The translations under genes were made by a program, and so were the position numbers. A DNA stretch of 64,000 nucleotides from an uncultured bacterium (GTDB lineage Bacteria > Patescibacteriota > Microgenomatia > Levybacterales > UBA12049). The stretch is from assembly GCA_963826535.1 (NCBI GenBank), contig CAWGXL010000008.1:2679-66678 (forward strand), given 5' to 3'. The notes under the pieces were generated by a model. The model saw only the letters and a list, made by a program, of their open reading frames with translations, made no database searches and was not told the origin of the DNA. Of the stretch, positions 49,561-60,130 are shown in pieces. Positions within the stretch are counted from its first letter, which is position 1, and the number at the start of each line of letters is the position of its first letter.

Positions 49561-49785
49561 ATGGTAAAACTTTCTACAATAAAATCTAATCCTGACAATC
49601 CCCGGATCATCAAAGACGATAAATTTAAAAAACTCGTCACCTCTATAAAAAACTTCCCTAAAATGATGGCTTTACGTCCGATGGTAGTAGATGACCATGA
49701 AACAGTTTTAGAAATGATGCAGGCTATAGCTTTAACTATAAAAGATAAGATACTAACAGTTGATAAACAGTTGATAAATGCCTAA
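49561..49785 (+). CDS. ParB N-terminal-like (ParBc) domain protein, possibly the N-terminal part of the terminase small subunit
   Basis: KLSTIKSNPDNPRIIKDDKFKKLVTSIKNF...RPMVV (NPR motif); ends at TAA 49783-49785 with the same frame open downstream. Confidence 0.4.
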   Translation: MVKLSTIKSNPDNPRIIKDDKFKKLVTSIKNFPKMMALRPMVVDDHETVLEMMQAIALTIKDKILTVDKQLINA

Positions 49786-49878
49786 TCCTCAAAACTTAGA
49801 AAAAGAAAGTCATTTGTAAAAAATGATCCGCGTATTAATAAAGAAGGCAGGCCTAAACTACCTGACCTCAAACTCCTT

Positions 49879-50136
49879 ATGGAAGAAATAATGGGAGAAG
49901 AGAAAGACGGTAAAACTGCAGCATTCGCAATCCTGGCTGCATTACGGGCGAAAGCAGCCAAAGGTGACGTAAGGGCAGCAGAGATGCTAATGAACAGGGG
50001 GTATGGTCTTCCTAAGCAACATATAGAACATTCAGGCAGCATAGAAACACCAATAATATTTAAACTTGATGACAAGTTCAGAGAAGATAGTCTTAACGAC
50101 CCCGGTGTTCCAAAAAAACTTGGCGGCATACCTTAA
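49879..50136 (+). CDS. terS: terminase small subunit candidate (C-terminal part)
   Basis: In-frame region 49786-49878 upstream encodes NDPRINKEGRPKLP (GRPK motif typical of TerS N-termini); located immediately before TerL. Confidence 0.4.
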   Translation: MEEIMGEEKDGKTAAFAILAALRAKAAKGDVRAAEMLMNRGYGLPKQHIEHSGSIETPIIFKLDDKFREDSLNDPGVPKKLGGIP

Positions 50137-51244
50137 TCCGAAATATAATGTTATTTGTGACGAAGGTGGTAGTAGATCAGGTAAGACATTTGGGATAATC
50201 CAACTTTGTGTTGGCATAGCCGGCAATGAACCAAACAAAAGAATATCAATAGTGTCTCATTCATTACCTCATGTTAAAAGGGGGGTATTAAGAGATTTTA
50301 AATTGATCATGCAGGAAATTGGTTGGTGGTATGAAGAACAATGGAGTGCGACAAACTTTATTTATACTTTTAAGAATAGCAGTTATATAGAATTATTTGG
50401 TTTAGAGGATGAATCTAAAGCAAGAGGACCAGGTAGGGATATTCTATTTGTAAATGAAGCTAACCTGATAACTAAAACTTTATTTGATCAGTTGGCAATG
50501 AGGACAACAGGTAAAATCTTTTTAGATTGGAATCCTGCTGACTTTAATTCATGGTGTTATGAGTTGGCCGATGATCCAAAGAATAAAAGAATACATTCTA
50601 CCTACAAAGACAACATTCACAATTTAAGCCAATCGCAAATAGATTACATAGAAGCCTATAGAAATTTACCTGATGACTTCCTTTGGAAAGTTTACGGGTT
50701 AGGAGAAAGAGGAGCAGCCAAAGAACTAATTTACACTACCTGGAAATATTATACCGATGATCCGCTTAATGGAGATGTTTTTTACGGTTTAGACTTTGGA
50801 TATACTAATCCTTCGGCAATGGTAAAAGTAACGCATTATGAAGGCGCTAATTACGTGCAGGAGGTATTATATCAGTCTTCATTAACCGTACCGGAAATGA
50901 TTAACCGAATTAAAAGTTTAGGTATAGGCAAAAGTATAATTTATGCTGATTGTGCAGAGCCTAAAACTATTGATGAGATTTATAAAGCCGGGATAAATAT
51001 TAAACCAAGTGATAAAGATGTGTGGGCAGGTATTGTAGGAGTAAAATCATATCCACTTTATATAAAGAAAGGTTCAGATAATTTAATAAGAGAATTGCAG
51101 GGTTACAAGTGGAAGAAAGATAAAAACGATAATATAACTGAAGAGCCGGTTAAAGCTGATGACCATTTAATTGATGCGTTACGTTATGCAATATTTACAA
51201 ACCTTGTAACACCAAAGCTGGTTTATTCAGATGCAAGATATTAA
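50066..51244 (+). CDS. terL: terminase large subunit (PBSX/Terminase_3-like)
   Basis: Walker A-like VICDEGGSRSGKTFGII; FVNEAN; the start is possibly a TTG near 50119. Confidence 0.7.
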   Translation: MMTSSEKIVLTTPVFQKNLAAYLNPKYNVICDEGGSRSGKTFGIIQLCVGIAGNEPNKRISIVSHSLPHVKRGVLRDFKLIMQEIGWWYEEQWSATNFIYTFKNSSYIELFGLEDESKARGPGRDILFVNEANLITKTLFDQLAMRTTGKIFLDWNPADFNSWCYELADDPKNKRIHSTYKDNIHNLSQSQIDYIEAYRNLPDDFLWKVYGLGERGAAKELIYTTWKYYTDDPLNGDVFYGLDFGYTNPSAMVKVTHYEGANYVQEVLYQSSLTVPEMINRIKSLGIGKSIIYADCAEPKTIDEIYKAGINIKPSDKDVWAGIVGVKSYPLYIKKGSDNLIRELQGYKWKKDKNDNITEEPVKADDHLIDALRYAIFTNLVTPKLVYSDARY

Positions 51245-51255
51245 AAACTTTATAC

Positions 51256-51516
51256 ATGAAAAAGTATCTTATAATCCTTGTACTATTCTTTAGCGCCTGT
51301 AAACATGAAGCACAAGAAACAACGCATAGCGGAGATTTTAAAATAGAATTTCTGTTTGAAAAAGATGGGTGTAAAATGTATAGATTTAAAGATGCTGGTG
51401 ATTTAATATATTGGGCAAACTGTGAAGGTAGGACAAGCTATGAGACAACATTTGTAAGCGGCAAACCTCCAACAGTTATTAAAAAACAAATTCAAGCAGT
51501 TACTACCAAGCATTAA
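51256..51516 (+). CDS. small lipoprotein (moron between terL and portal)
   Basis: Lipobox FFSAC. Confidence 0.4.
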   Translation: MKKYLIILVLFFSACKHEAQETTHSGDFKIEFLFEKDGCKMYRFKDAGDLIYWANCEGRTSYETTFVSGKPPTVIKKQIQAVTTKH

Positions 51517-51577
51517 ACTTTATACTTATCCCACTATTCACCTTTGCCCTTAATAATACCTTAGCATAAAAATAAGG

Positions 51578-53062
51578 ATGGGTGTATTTGACTTCTTTAA
51601 AAAAGATAAGGTTATAAAAGACTTGTCTGCCCAGGTTAAAGCATTACAACAATATAATACCAATAATTTTCTAAGATTTAATAATCTTAACCGCAACATT
51701 GCTCTATTCCCTGAATGGGATATACATACTAACTCTGAGCGTTACGCCACTACTGATGATATTTATTCTATTGTTCGTATGCTTGCCACTACTGCAGCAA
51801 TGATACCTATTTATGCTTACCAGGTAGTTGATGAGGTGGCACAAAAGAAACTTAACAGAATAAAGCAGCCACATAATAAACCATATGAAGTAAAAGCTCT
51901 GCAGGTAAAAGCATTAGAAGAACTACCAGGTGATGACAGGGTTGAAATGCTAATGGAGAACCCTTGCGAATATAAAAGCAAGTTTGAGTTTTATGAGGCT
52001 ATTTATACCTTTCTTTTTTTATATGGTGAAGCATTTATATTAAAAGAAAGGCCGGTTGTAGGTGTTAACTCAGGGCTTACAGTATCTCTCCACCCTTTAT
52101 ATCCCCAGAACATTATTTTGAAAGTAAGTGGTGATTTACCACGTAGAATAACAGGCTATGACTATAAAGTAAATGGAGTTACTATTTATGAGAATTTACC
52201 TGTAGAAGATATAATACACCTGAAGTATTTTAATCCAACAATGGATTATTTGGGTACCGAATTAAGAGGACTTTCACCTTTACAGGTTTTAGCTAAAAGA
52301 TTAGGTAGAATGGATGCCAACCTTAATACATCTGTTGCACAGATGCAAAATGGAGGTGTGCAAAAAATTGTGTGGGATGAAAACGATACCGGTGTTCCAT
52401 TTACTCAGGATGGTAAAGAGGTAACAATTGCAGGAGCAAGGAAAGATAATTTTTATAGGTTCCTGAAGAACCCTGGTAATTATGGGGCTCCATTCTTTGC
52501 AGCTGGCAAAATGGGTGTTATCGATATTGGCAGCACACTTGATGAAATGGGGATTTTAGAAATAGGTAACATAGATTTTAAGAAGTTATGTAATGCTTAC
52601 GGTACTTCTGATATACTTTTTAATTCAGATGTTGCCAGTACTGAGAGCAATGTAACTGTAATGGAGAAAAGGACTTATACCAATACAGTTTTACCAAATG
52701 TTTACAGGGTAAGGGATGCCTTAAAGGCCGGATTGTTGGAAGACTTTGAAAAAGGAAGAAGATACGTTAAGATAGATGAAAACGGTAATGAAAATCAGGT
52801 AGTAATAGAAGGGGATGGTGTTAAGCGGGATATACGGGAAGATATTTCAGAGATACATTCTTTGCAGGAAGATATGGGTAAGATGGTAGCATGGATGCAA
52901 CAGGCCTGGTGGATTTTACCTAATGAAAAAAGGTTAATGATGAAATATGATGAAATAGATAATCCATTGTTTAATGAACCGTTAATTCCTACAGGTATGC
53001 AAACTACAGAAGATTTTCAGAGCGTAGAGCCCTTAGATATTGTTACTGAGGAAGGAAATTAG
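51578..53062 (+). CDS. portal protein
   Basis: 494-aa ORF between the terminase and the Mu-F-like gene, about the size of an HK97/SPP1-type portal. Confidence 0.55.
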   Translation: MGVFDFFKKDKVIKDLSAQVKALQQYNTNNFLRFNNLNRNIALFPEWDIHTNSERYATTDDIYSIVRMLATTAAMIPIYAYQVVDEVAQKKLNRIKQPHNKPYEVKALQVKALEELPGDDRVEMLMENPCEYKSKFEFYEAIYTFLFLYGEAFILKERPVVGVNSGLTVSLHPLYPQNIILKVSGDLPRRITGYDYKVNGVTIYENLPVEDIIHLKYFNPTMDYLGTELRGLSPLQVLAKRLGRMDANLNTSVAQMQNGGVQKIVWDENDTGVPFTQDGKEVTIAGARKDNFYRFLKNPGNYGAPFFAAGKMGVIDIGSTLDEMGILEIGNIDFKKLCNAYGTSDILFNSDVASTESNVTVMEKRTYTNTVLPNVYRVRDALKAGLLEDFEKGRRYVKIDENGNENQVVIEGDGVKRDIREDISEIHSLQEDMGKMVAWMQQAWWILPNEKRLMMKYDEIDNPLFNEPLIPTGMQTTEDFQSVEPLDIVTEEGN

Positions 53063-53279
53063 TATCTTGTATCTAAAAAACAATATGGATGTAACAAGGT
53101 TTGACACAGAAACTATTATAGAACAAAAAAATCAATTAGCTGAAAATATCCGTGAGCTTATTCAAACATTTTTAGACAATAATCCAGATCATGACTTAAT
53201 AATTAAGATTGATTATAAAGTACATAGAACGACACTTGGTGAAATAAGAAATACGGTTGTAAATATTTTTATAAGTTAA
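53040..53279 (+). CDS. hypothetical protein
   Basis: ORF. Confidence 0.3.
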   Translation: MLLRKEISILYLKNNMDVTRFDTETIIEQKNQLAENIRELIQTFLDNNPDHDLIIKIDYKVHRTTLGEIRNTVVNIFIS

Positions 53280-53464
53280 TGACCGGTATTGAATTAAATA
53301 TGGAAGTACAGGAGATGCCGCCTGATGGCTCAAAGTGTTTTGAATGTGGAGAAATTATTACAGGCAAAATGTTCCAATATTTTTTATTTGAAGGAACGAA
53401 TTTAAAACCTACGCCAACTAAGTTTAAATTTTGTGAACCGTGTTATATAAAAGCAGGTGAATAA
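53279..53464 (+). CDS. small zinc-ribbon protein
   Basis: CFECGEIITGKMF...CEPC. Confidence 0.35.
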   Translation: MTGIELNMEVQEMPPDGSKCFECGEIITGKMFQYFLFEGTNLKPTPTKFKFCEPCYIKAGE

Positions 53465-53470
53465 ATAGCA

Positions 53471-53668
53471 ATGGCAACATTAGAAATAGACGTATTATTA
53501 GAATGGTGTGAGATGCCAATAGATTTAAGTTATTGTGATTTATGTAATGATTTAATAGCAGGTAAGATGTTTGAACTTTTTGTATTTGTTGATGATAAGC
53601 CAGAAGGATTAATTAAATCTTGTTCATCTTGTTATTATATGATAGGAATTGTTACCAATGGCAGATAA
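53471..53668 (+). CDS. small zinc-ribbon protein, tandem paralog of 53279-53464
   Basis: CDLCNDLIAGKMFELF...CSSC. Confidence 0.35.
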   Translation: MATLEIDVLLEWCEMPIDLSYCDLCNDLIAGKMFELFVFVDDKPEGLIKSCSSCYYMIGIVTNGR

Positions 53669-53828
53669 AGAATTAATAAAAATAGTTGAGGAAGCTATAC
53701 CATTAGACCCAAAGTGTCAGATTCAAAGGAACTATGATATTCATAGAAGGGATAAGCTAATGAGGAAAATAAAAGAGTATGTAGCTAAACAATTAGAAGC
53801 GCAGTTTAATGCAAAAGAAGTAGCATGA
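53658..53828 (+). CDS. small hypothetical protein (56 aa)
   Basis: Hand-translated as MADKELIKIVEEAIPLDPKCQ...; below the ORF-track cut-off. Confidence 0.25.
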   Translation: MADKELIKIVEEAIPLDPKCQIQRNYDIHRRDKLMRKIKEYVAKQLEAQFNAKEVA

Positions 53829-53928
53829 CAATAGATATTTTACAGTCAATTAGTTTAGTATTACTTTCACTCGTTATAATTCATTTAGTATTTAGAATTA
53901 GAAAATTAGAAAAAAAAGATTAAATGGG

Positions 53929-54730
53929 ATGGACAAAAGAGATTACCTCAACCGCTTTCACAGGTTCCAAAGAAGCCGGGAAAAGTTCTTCGCTCCAAAA
54001 ATTAACGCCGCTTTAAAATCCCAATACAAAAGTTTTATTGATAATTTGCCCTATGGTGAACTGGAAGCTTTAAATAGAATTAGCTCTAATGGCATAGTAC
54101 GTGTATTACAGAATTTATACATGGATGCGGGTATTAATTATGGAGCTAAGGTAAGGTCCGATTTAAATAGAACAGTGCCCTATAGACTACCTAACCCCGG
54201 CGATTCATTCCATAAAAGTATTAAGGCACGTTTGCCTATGGGCTTTAGTGAACGTATGGCTCAATTGATAGCCGATTATTTCCGCACTGATATTTTAAAT
54301 ACTTCTGAACGCATTACAGATACCACAAAAGATTTAATAAGGCAGGTTTTTACAGATGCTTATTCTCAAGGGTTGGGCATTGATGATATCATAAAACAAT
54401 TAGAAAATACTGAACTAAGCCGGATAAGAGCGCGGTTAATTGCACGTACCGGAGACTGTAACTTCAGCAAATCAGGGTGCAATGTTCGTTGCTAAAGAAA
54501 CCGGGCTAACATTACGCAAGGGATGGCTTTCGGCACGTGACAGTAGGGTAAGATTTCATCATAGGAATGAAAATGGGCAGGTGATAGGTGTTGATGATTT
54601 TTTTACTGTAGGGAATGATTTGATGTTGTATCCGGGTGATAAAGGTGGACATAACGGGCAACCAAAAGTAAGTGCCGGAAATTTATGCAACTGCAGATGT
54701 TCAGTTTTAATGATACCTGTTGATGATTAG
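53929..54730 (+). CDS. head morphogenesis protein, Mu F / SPP1 gp7 family, interrupted by a +1 frameshift near 54449
   Basis: RLIART in frame 1 continues as ETVTSANQGAMFVAKETG...WLSARDSRVRFHHR...NCRCSV in frame 2; one extra base lies within accgGag. Confidence 0.55.
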
Positions 54731-54759
54731 TTGAGGTAAAAAAAATCGTAAATTAAGTT

Positions 54760-55002
54760 ATGACAGCAAAAGAAAAGGCTGATGAGTTAGTAAATAAGTT
54801 TTATCAGAATATTACGGCTGATAGTGCTTATCCAGATTATCATGCAAAGGAAGCTGCCTTAATAGCGGTGGATGAAATAGTAAAACAGTTGGCATCTTTG
54901 GATGAATGCACTTTGTGGGATAATAAAAAAAATACAAGTATTTATGTATCGGAAATAATTGAATACTGGCAACAAATTAAAATAGAAATAGAGAAGCTAT
55001 GA
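54760..55002 (+). CDS. hypothetical protein
   Basis: ORF. Confidence 0.3.
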   Translation: MTAKEKADELVNKFYQNITADSAYPDYHAKEAALIAVDEIVKQLASLDECTLWDNKKNTSIYVSEIIEYWQQIKIEIEKL

Positions 55003-55282
55003 AGATAGACGTCAGAAAAAATTTTGTGTATAGTAAGTTACGGTTTTTTGGCTTTGGTACTTGCAATGTTCTTTTCCCACCTATAATACTTCCACACTTA
55101 TACATTCAATTTAGTATTTCCTATTAATCATTTTAATAGCGTAATTAGTTGATGGTATGTCCAATTTACATCACTATCAAATTAAGTTTATAATTAATAA
55201 AATAATTTTTTCTGCCATAATACTCCATTGTTAACGTGACTACAATTTACAAAAAACCTGCAACTTTGTTATTTTTGCCAAA

Positions 55283-55770
55283 GTGAAATATTTCTTCTTA
55301 GATAGCCGCATTGACGAAGTTCTTTTAAACAAGTTTTTCCAGTTTGCCAATGATAATTCAGATGATGATTGGACTATTTCAATTTGGAGTACCAGCGGCT
55401 TAACAACTTTATCTAAGGCAATACTTTATATAATCAATTCAAGGAAAGAAAAGGTTACTCTGATATGCGATGGACATATAGTGCTGCTTTTGAAATATTT
55501 TACCATGCTAAGTGTAAAAAAGTTCTTACCAGAGAGTGTAAAGGTATCGTTGATTTATCAGCGGGGGATATTAGATTGTCACGTAACGGAAAAGCGAATG
55601 ATCCTGAAAATCTTTGTGTTATGAAAAACTGGCAGGAAGATAAAACATCTAATAAGTGGGTTAAGAAAATACTTGTCAGCGAAGAACTTAAAAAGTTTAA
55701 TAAAGGCGAAGATGTTTATTTGACAACTAAGCGGATGAAAGAAATATTCCCTGATGCAGAAATAATTTAA
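55283..55770 (+). pseudogene. possible ClpP-like prohead protease, frameshifted near 55478-55482 (1-bp indel)
   Basis: SIWSTSGLTTLSKAILYIINSRKEKVTLICDG resembles the ClpP core; the continuation ...KCKKVLTRECKGIVDLSAGD lies in another frame. Confidence 0.3.
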
Positions 55771-55844
55771 TTTCTATCTTCCTCTAAGCAAACTTAAAAT
55801 ATAGCCATGCAAGACTTGTCACATTCCATAGCCTCTTTTTGCAA

Positions 55845-56420
55845 AGCTGGTTTAATGGTTCCAAGCCGACCGGGAACGGGTTATAATTACTCCCATACGT
55901 TTAATAATTCTATCCCTTAATTCTGAAAGATTACTACTCTGTAATTCTTTTGCTATACTTTTTATAGATGATGGTTATTATAAGCATAAGTGAAAGTGGC
56001 GATAATGTTTTCCCTCATTTCATCCGTTAAGGGCTCTACATCTAAAATCTCAATTTTAAAATATTCGGTAATTAAATCTTTTACTCCCTGTTTACAGGTT
56101 GTTTCATGGATAGGCAAATTGTGTTCAGCAATAAACAAAAGTGGTTTTATTTACATAATTACCATTCAGTGCACACTTTAATGTTATTAATTTAAATTTT
56201 TAGATTCAGCAGCTTCTTTAACTGAATCATAAAAAATACCATTTGAAGTATCTAAAACAAGTCTGCCAGTTAGATGTAACATATCTTTTATATTTTTCTG
56301 ATCTTGTACACTAAACTAAATTTTCTACATTATTATTTAATGGATTTCTATCAAGATGGCCAACTTCTTTTTTATTTTGTGGATTTGGGATATAAGTTTT
56401 AGCAACAATCGGATTAACTC
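55845..56420 (-). pseudogene. decayed HNH homing-endonuclease remnant
   Basis: Reverse-strand fragments NPQNKKEVGHLDRNPLNNNVENL (HNH) and SIAKELQSSNLSELRDRIIKRMG (DNA-binding module) lie in different frames with stops between them. Confidence 0.3.
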
Positions 56421-56789
56421 TAAAGGTTTTTCGTTATCCATTAGATTGTTTCAAGTTGGTAGAATAGTATCCTCTTGTAATACCATATTTAAGAAATTCT
56501 TTCGTAGTTAGATTCCAATTTTCCTTTTGGTAGTTATAAGATAATTATCACAACCTTCAATCATTTTCATTTTTATGAATTTCCATAAAGATATAATTAA
56601 ATTTTAATTACCTACCTAATATTGTTAGTGAATTTTTAACTAAAGATGTTGGTAGGAAGAAAAAGGTTAAAAATGGATACGAAGTAAAAATCATGAATGT
56701 TAAATCAAAGAAGATAAAGAAAAAGAAAGATGGAAAGGAAATCTATAAACTTTGAATTAAAGGACATTGACAAAGGCAAACGTATGGCA

Positions 56790-58159
56790 GTGATCGCCGG
56801 CTCGGTGGGCGCCTCGGTGGTCGGTTCGGTTGTCGGTTCCGTGGTCGGCGGCGTCGTGGCCGGCCTGGTCGTGGCAGGCGCGGAGGTCGGCGGCCGAGCC
56901 GTCGGCGTGCGGCTGGGCTGCAGCGACTGGCCGCTCGGCCGGGCGGGCTCGGTGTTCTCGTCCGACGAGTCCTGCAGGCCGGGCACACGCCGGGCGCCGA
57001 GCTGTCGGTGACCCGCGCCGACGGCGTGGTGACCGGTTGCTCCGCGGTGCCGCTCCGGTCCGGCTGGAAGAATAGCGCAGGGCCAGCAGGCCGCGGCCAG
57101 ACCGAGGAAGATCACGGTCAGCAGCACGGCCAGCTCGGCGCCGGTGCGCTTACGCTGGCCCGGCGCCTGCGGCACGTACGGCAGGTCGTGCGGCGCCGGT
57201 GCGGGTCCAGGTCGGCGGCGGCCGGGCCCAGTGGCATGGTGAGCGCGGTGCCGGTCATCGCCGCGCTGGTCAGCGCGGTGCCGGTCTGCGTGGTGCCGGT
57301 GCTGGTCAGCGACTGGTAGTCCATCGGCGTGCTGGCGGCGAGCGCGGCCTCGGCGAACTCGGCGGCGCTGGCGAAGCGGTCCTCCGGGTGTTTCGCCATG
57401 GCGCGGCTGATCAGCTCGCGGACCGCCACCGGCACCTCGGCGGGCAGCGGCTCCGGATCCTCGTCCAGGTGGCGCAGCGCCACCGGAGGGCGGTGTCACC
57501 GTCGAACGGGCGGATGCCCGGAGAGGCAGTGGTATGCCACCGCGCCCAGCGCGTAGATGTCCGTCGCCGGCGTGACGTTGCCCTTGGCCACCTGCTCCGG
57601 TGCCATGTAGAGGGCGGTGCCGACGATCGAGTTGACCCCGGTCAGGCTGGTCACCGCGTTGGACCGGGCCATGCCGAAGTCGACGAGGATGGACCGCGCC
57701 GGTCGGGCTTCACGATCAGGTTGCCGGGCTTGACGTCGCGGTGCACGGTGCCGGTCTGGTGCGCGGCGTGCAGCGCGTCCGCGGTCTGGGACACGATCGA
57801 CATGGTCTCCGCGACGGTCAGCCGGCCGACCTCCTTGAGGCGGGTGGACAGCGGCTCGCCCTCCACGTAGCGCCATCACCAGGTAGGCGCACTGATCCTC
57901 GTCGGCCGAGTCGCGGCGCTCGGCGTAGTCGTAGACCTCGACCACGCCCGGGTGCCGGAACGCGGCCATCATCCGGGCCTCCGCCGTAGAACCGGGCGGC
58001 GAACTCCGGGTCGCGCATCATCGACGGACGCAGCACCTTGACCGCGACGACGCGGTTCAGCACGACGTCGGTGCCGCGCCACACGTCACCCATGCCGCCC
58101 GTGGCAATGCGCTCGTCCAACCGGTAACGGTTGTCGAGGAGATGACCGGCATCCAGCAC
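56790..58159 (-). pseudogene. PknB-like Ser/Thr protein kinase (kinase, TM and Pro/Thr-rich tail), broken by frameshifts and truncated at the GC junction
   Basis: Across at least four frames: GGMGDVWRG...VAVKVL, HRDVKPGN, DFGMARS...APE; TM LAVLLTVIFLGLAAA; PTTEPTTEPTTEAPTEP runs into the AT-rich DNA with no stop. Confidence 0.55.
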
Positions 58160-58229
58160 CAGCGGACCTTATCTGCTCGGGGGACCTCGGGGGAAAGCCG
58201 AGTGACGCTCACTGTATCGAGCGGGCCGC

Positions 58230-58809
58230 TCAGCGCCGGATCAGCGGGGGCACCCGGCGACCCTGCGCGGAGTCGGTGATCAGCTGTTGCAGGCGGCGTT
58301 CCCGGGTGTCCGCGCGCTTGCCGCTGACCACCCAATGAGCTGCCGCTTTGCGGTACGACGGCGACTGCGCGGAGTACCACTGGAAGGCCTTGGTGTCCAC
58401 TTGGAGGAGGGCCAGTTTGGCGTCGTCAGGCCGGGCGTCATCGGGCTGCTCGTACGAGTAGGTCGCCACCCGATCGGGTCGCCGGGTCTCGTACGCGTGC
58501 AGCCCGGCCGGCCGCATCAGCCCCTGTTCGGTGAGGCGCGCCACAGCCGCGATGTTCACCACGCTCCACACGCTGCCCTTGCGGCGCGGCGTGAAGCGCA
58601 CCTGGTGCCGGTCCTCGTCGATCGCGCCGGCCGATGCTGTCGATCCAGCCGAAGCACAGCGCCTGCTCGATCGCCTCGGTGTGCGAGATGCCCGGCTTGC
58701 CGGTGTGCTTCTTCCAGTAGCCGACGAACAATTCCGGCGCTTCGGCATGATTTTCCTCGTACCAGGCGCGCAGCTCGGCGACTGTGGTGAAGAACACGGC
58801 ATCGGTCAT
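58230..58809 (-). CDS. YdeI/OmpD-associated family protein, one frameshift
   Basis: VGYWKKHTGKPGISHTEAIEQALCFGWIDS then (+1 base) IDEDRHQVRFTPRRKGSVWS...KRADTRERRLQQLI. Confidence 0.5.
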
Positions 58810-58879
58810 GACGGCAGAGTAGGGCCGCCGGGCGGCAAAGGGTCCCGGCCGGCGGCCACTACCGCTCCTCGACCGGTAG

Positions 58880-59280
58880 TCAGCTGTCGTACCTGGGGGT
58901 GACCACGACCGCGGTCTCGGCCAGCTCGAGCTCCTCGGCCTCGGCCTGACGCTCGAGCGCGGCCCGCGCGGCGGTCGCCGCGGCCAGCCGAGCGCGGCGC
59001 CGAGCAGGCCGGCGCCGATGATCAGGCCCCAGGGCAGGCCCGGGCTTGCGTACCGGCCAGTGCGTTCGCGGCCGCGTTGGCCCGCGCCCACGCCTCGTCG
59101 GCGACCGAACCGACCGTGCTGCCCGCCTGGCCCGCCAGCTTCGAGCTCTTCTTGCTCGGCCCGGTGGCGAACTTCGAGCTCTTCTTGGAGCCTGCGGCCC
59201 GCCAGTTGCGACGGCCGTGAGCTGGTGACGTCGACCGTGTGCTTGCCGGCCTCCCGGGCGGTGTCACCCGCCGCGGTCAT
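58880..59280 (-). CDS. small Ala/Lys-rich membrane protein, frameshifted
   Basis: KKSSKFATGPSKKSSKLAG..., TM GLPWGLIIGAGLLGAALGW, and tail ...ERQAEAEELELAETAVVVTPRYDS spread over two or three frames. Confidence 0.25.
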
Positions 59281-59687
59281 GGCGGACGACAGGTAGTCCC
59301 ACGCCTGGGCGGCCGTCCGCTCGGCTTTGTTCTTCCTGGGCGAACATGTCTTGTACCTCCTGCGTTTCGCCGGTGCAACCCTAACCCTGCCCAGGCACCG
59401 GGCGGCAAACGTCCGGCCGGGCGGCCGGGGTCGCGTGTGGACAGCGTCACACCCGGATAAAGCGGTGGACGCCGTCGGTAGGCTGGTGCCGATCCAAGCC
59501 GCGGTACACAGGCGGTTGCCAGGTTCGGTGCATAGGCTGGCGGAGTTTCACCGAACCCCACGGGGGTAGCAGCCATCGGCACTCCCGGGCGGACGGCGAT
59601 CACCGGGTCACGGCGTCACCACGCCAAGGCCCGCCGGCCGCGACAGGAACAGACGGCGGGGCGTCCCGGGCGGGTGGAGGTAATGGC

Positions 59688-60078
59688 GTGAGCCTGTCGA
59701 TAACGACGTCGACGCTGGCCAGTGGCGCGGTGGAGGTCTTGCCGGAGGCGAGATCGACGTCGAGACGCCTATTCGATCAAGGACGCGGTGGCGGCTCAGC
59801 TCGCCGACGACCGTCCCGAGCGCATCGAGCTCAACATGCAGTACGTGAGATTCATCGACTCCGTGGGCATCAGCGCCCTCGTGAGTGCGCACCAGCTCGC
59901 CGGGATCAGCGGCGTCAAGCTGGTGGTCACGCGTCCCAGCCGGTTCGCGCACCGGCAACTCTGGGTGACCGGCCTGCTCGGTCTCTTCGGCAACCCGGAC
60001 CCGTGCCCGGAGTGTACGGATCCTCGCGGAGCAGCCCGCGGTGTCCGGCGCATGACCGCGAGTGATTCTCACCTTTAG
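59688..60078 (+). CDS. STAS-domain anti-sigma-factor antagonist, two frameshifts
   Basis: LAGGEIDVETP (third frame) and ...IELNMQYVRFIDSVGISALVSAHQLAGISGVKLVVTRP. Confidence 0.45.
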
Positions 60079-60130
60079 CCTTCCTGTGGTGACTTGTTAC
60101 CCGGTGTCCGATACGGAATAGTGCCCCATC

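Noticed and set aside
55283-55770. Treating 55283..55624 and 55465..55770 as two overlapping genes
   Set aside because: The two frames together reconstruct one ClpP-like core, so a single frameshifted gene is more parsimonious. The protease assignment itself is of low confidence.
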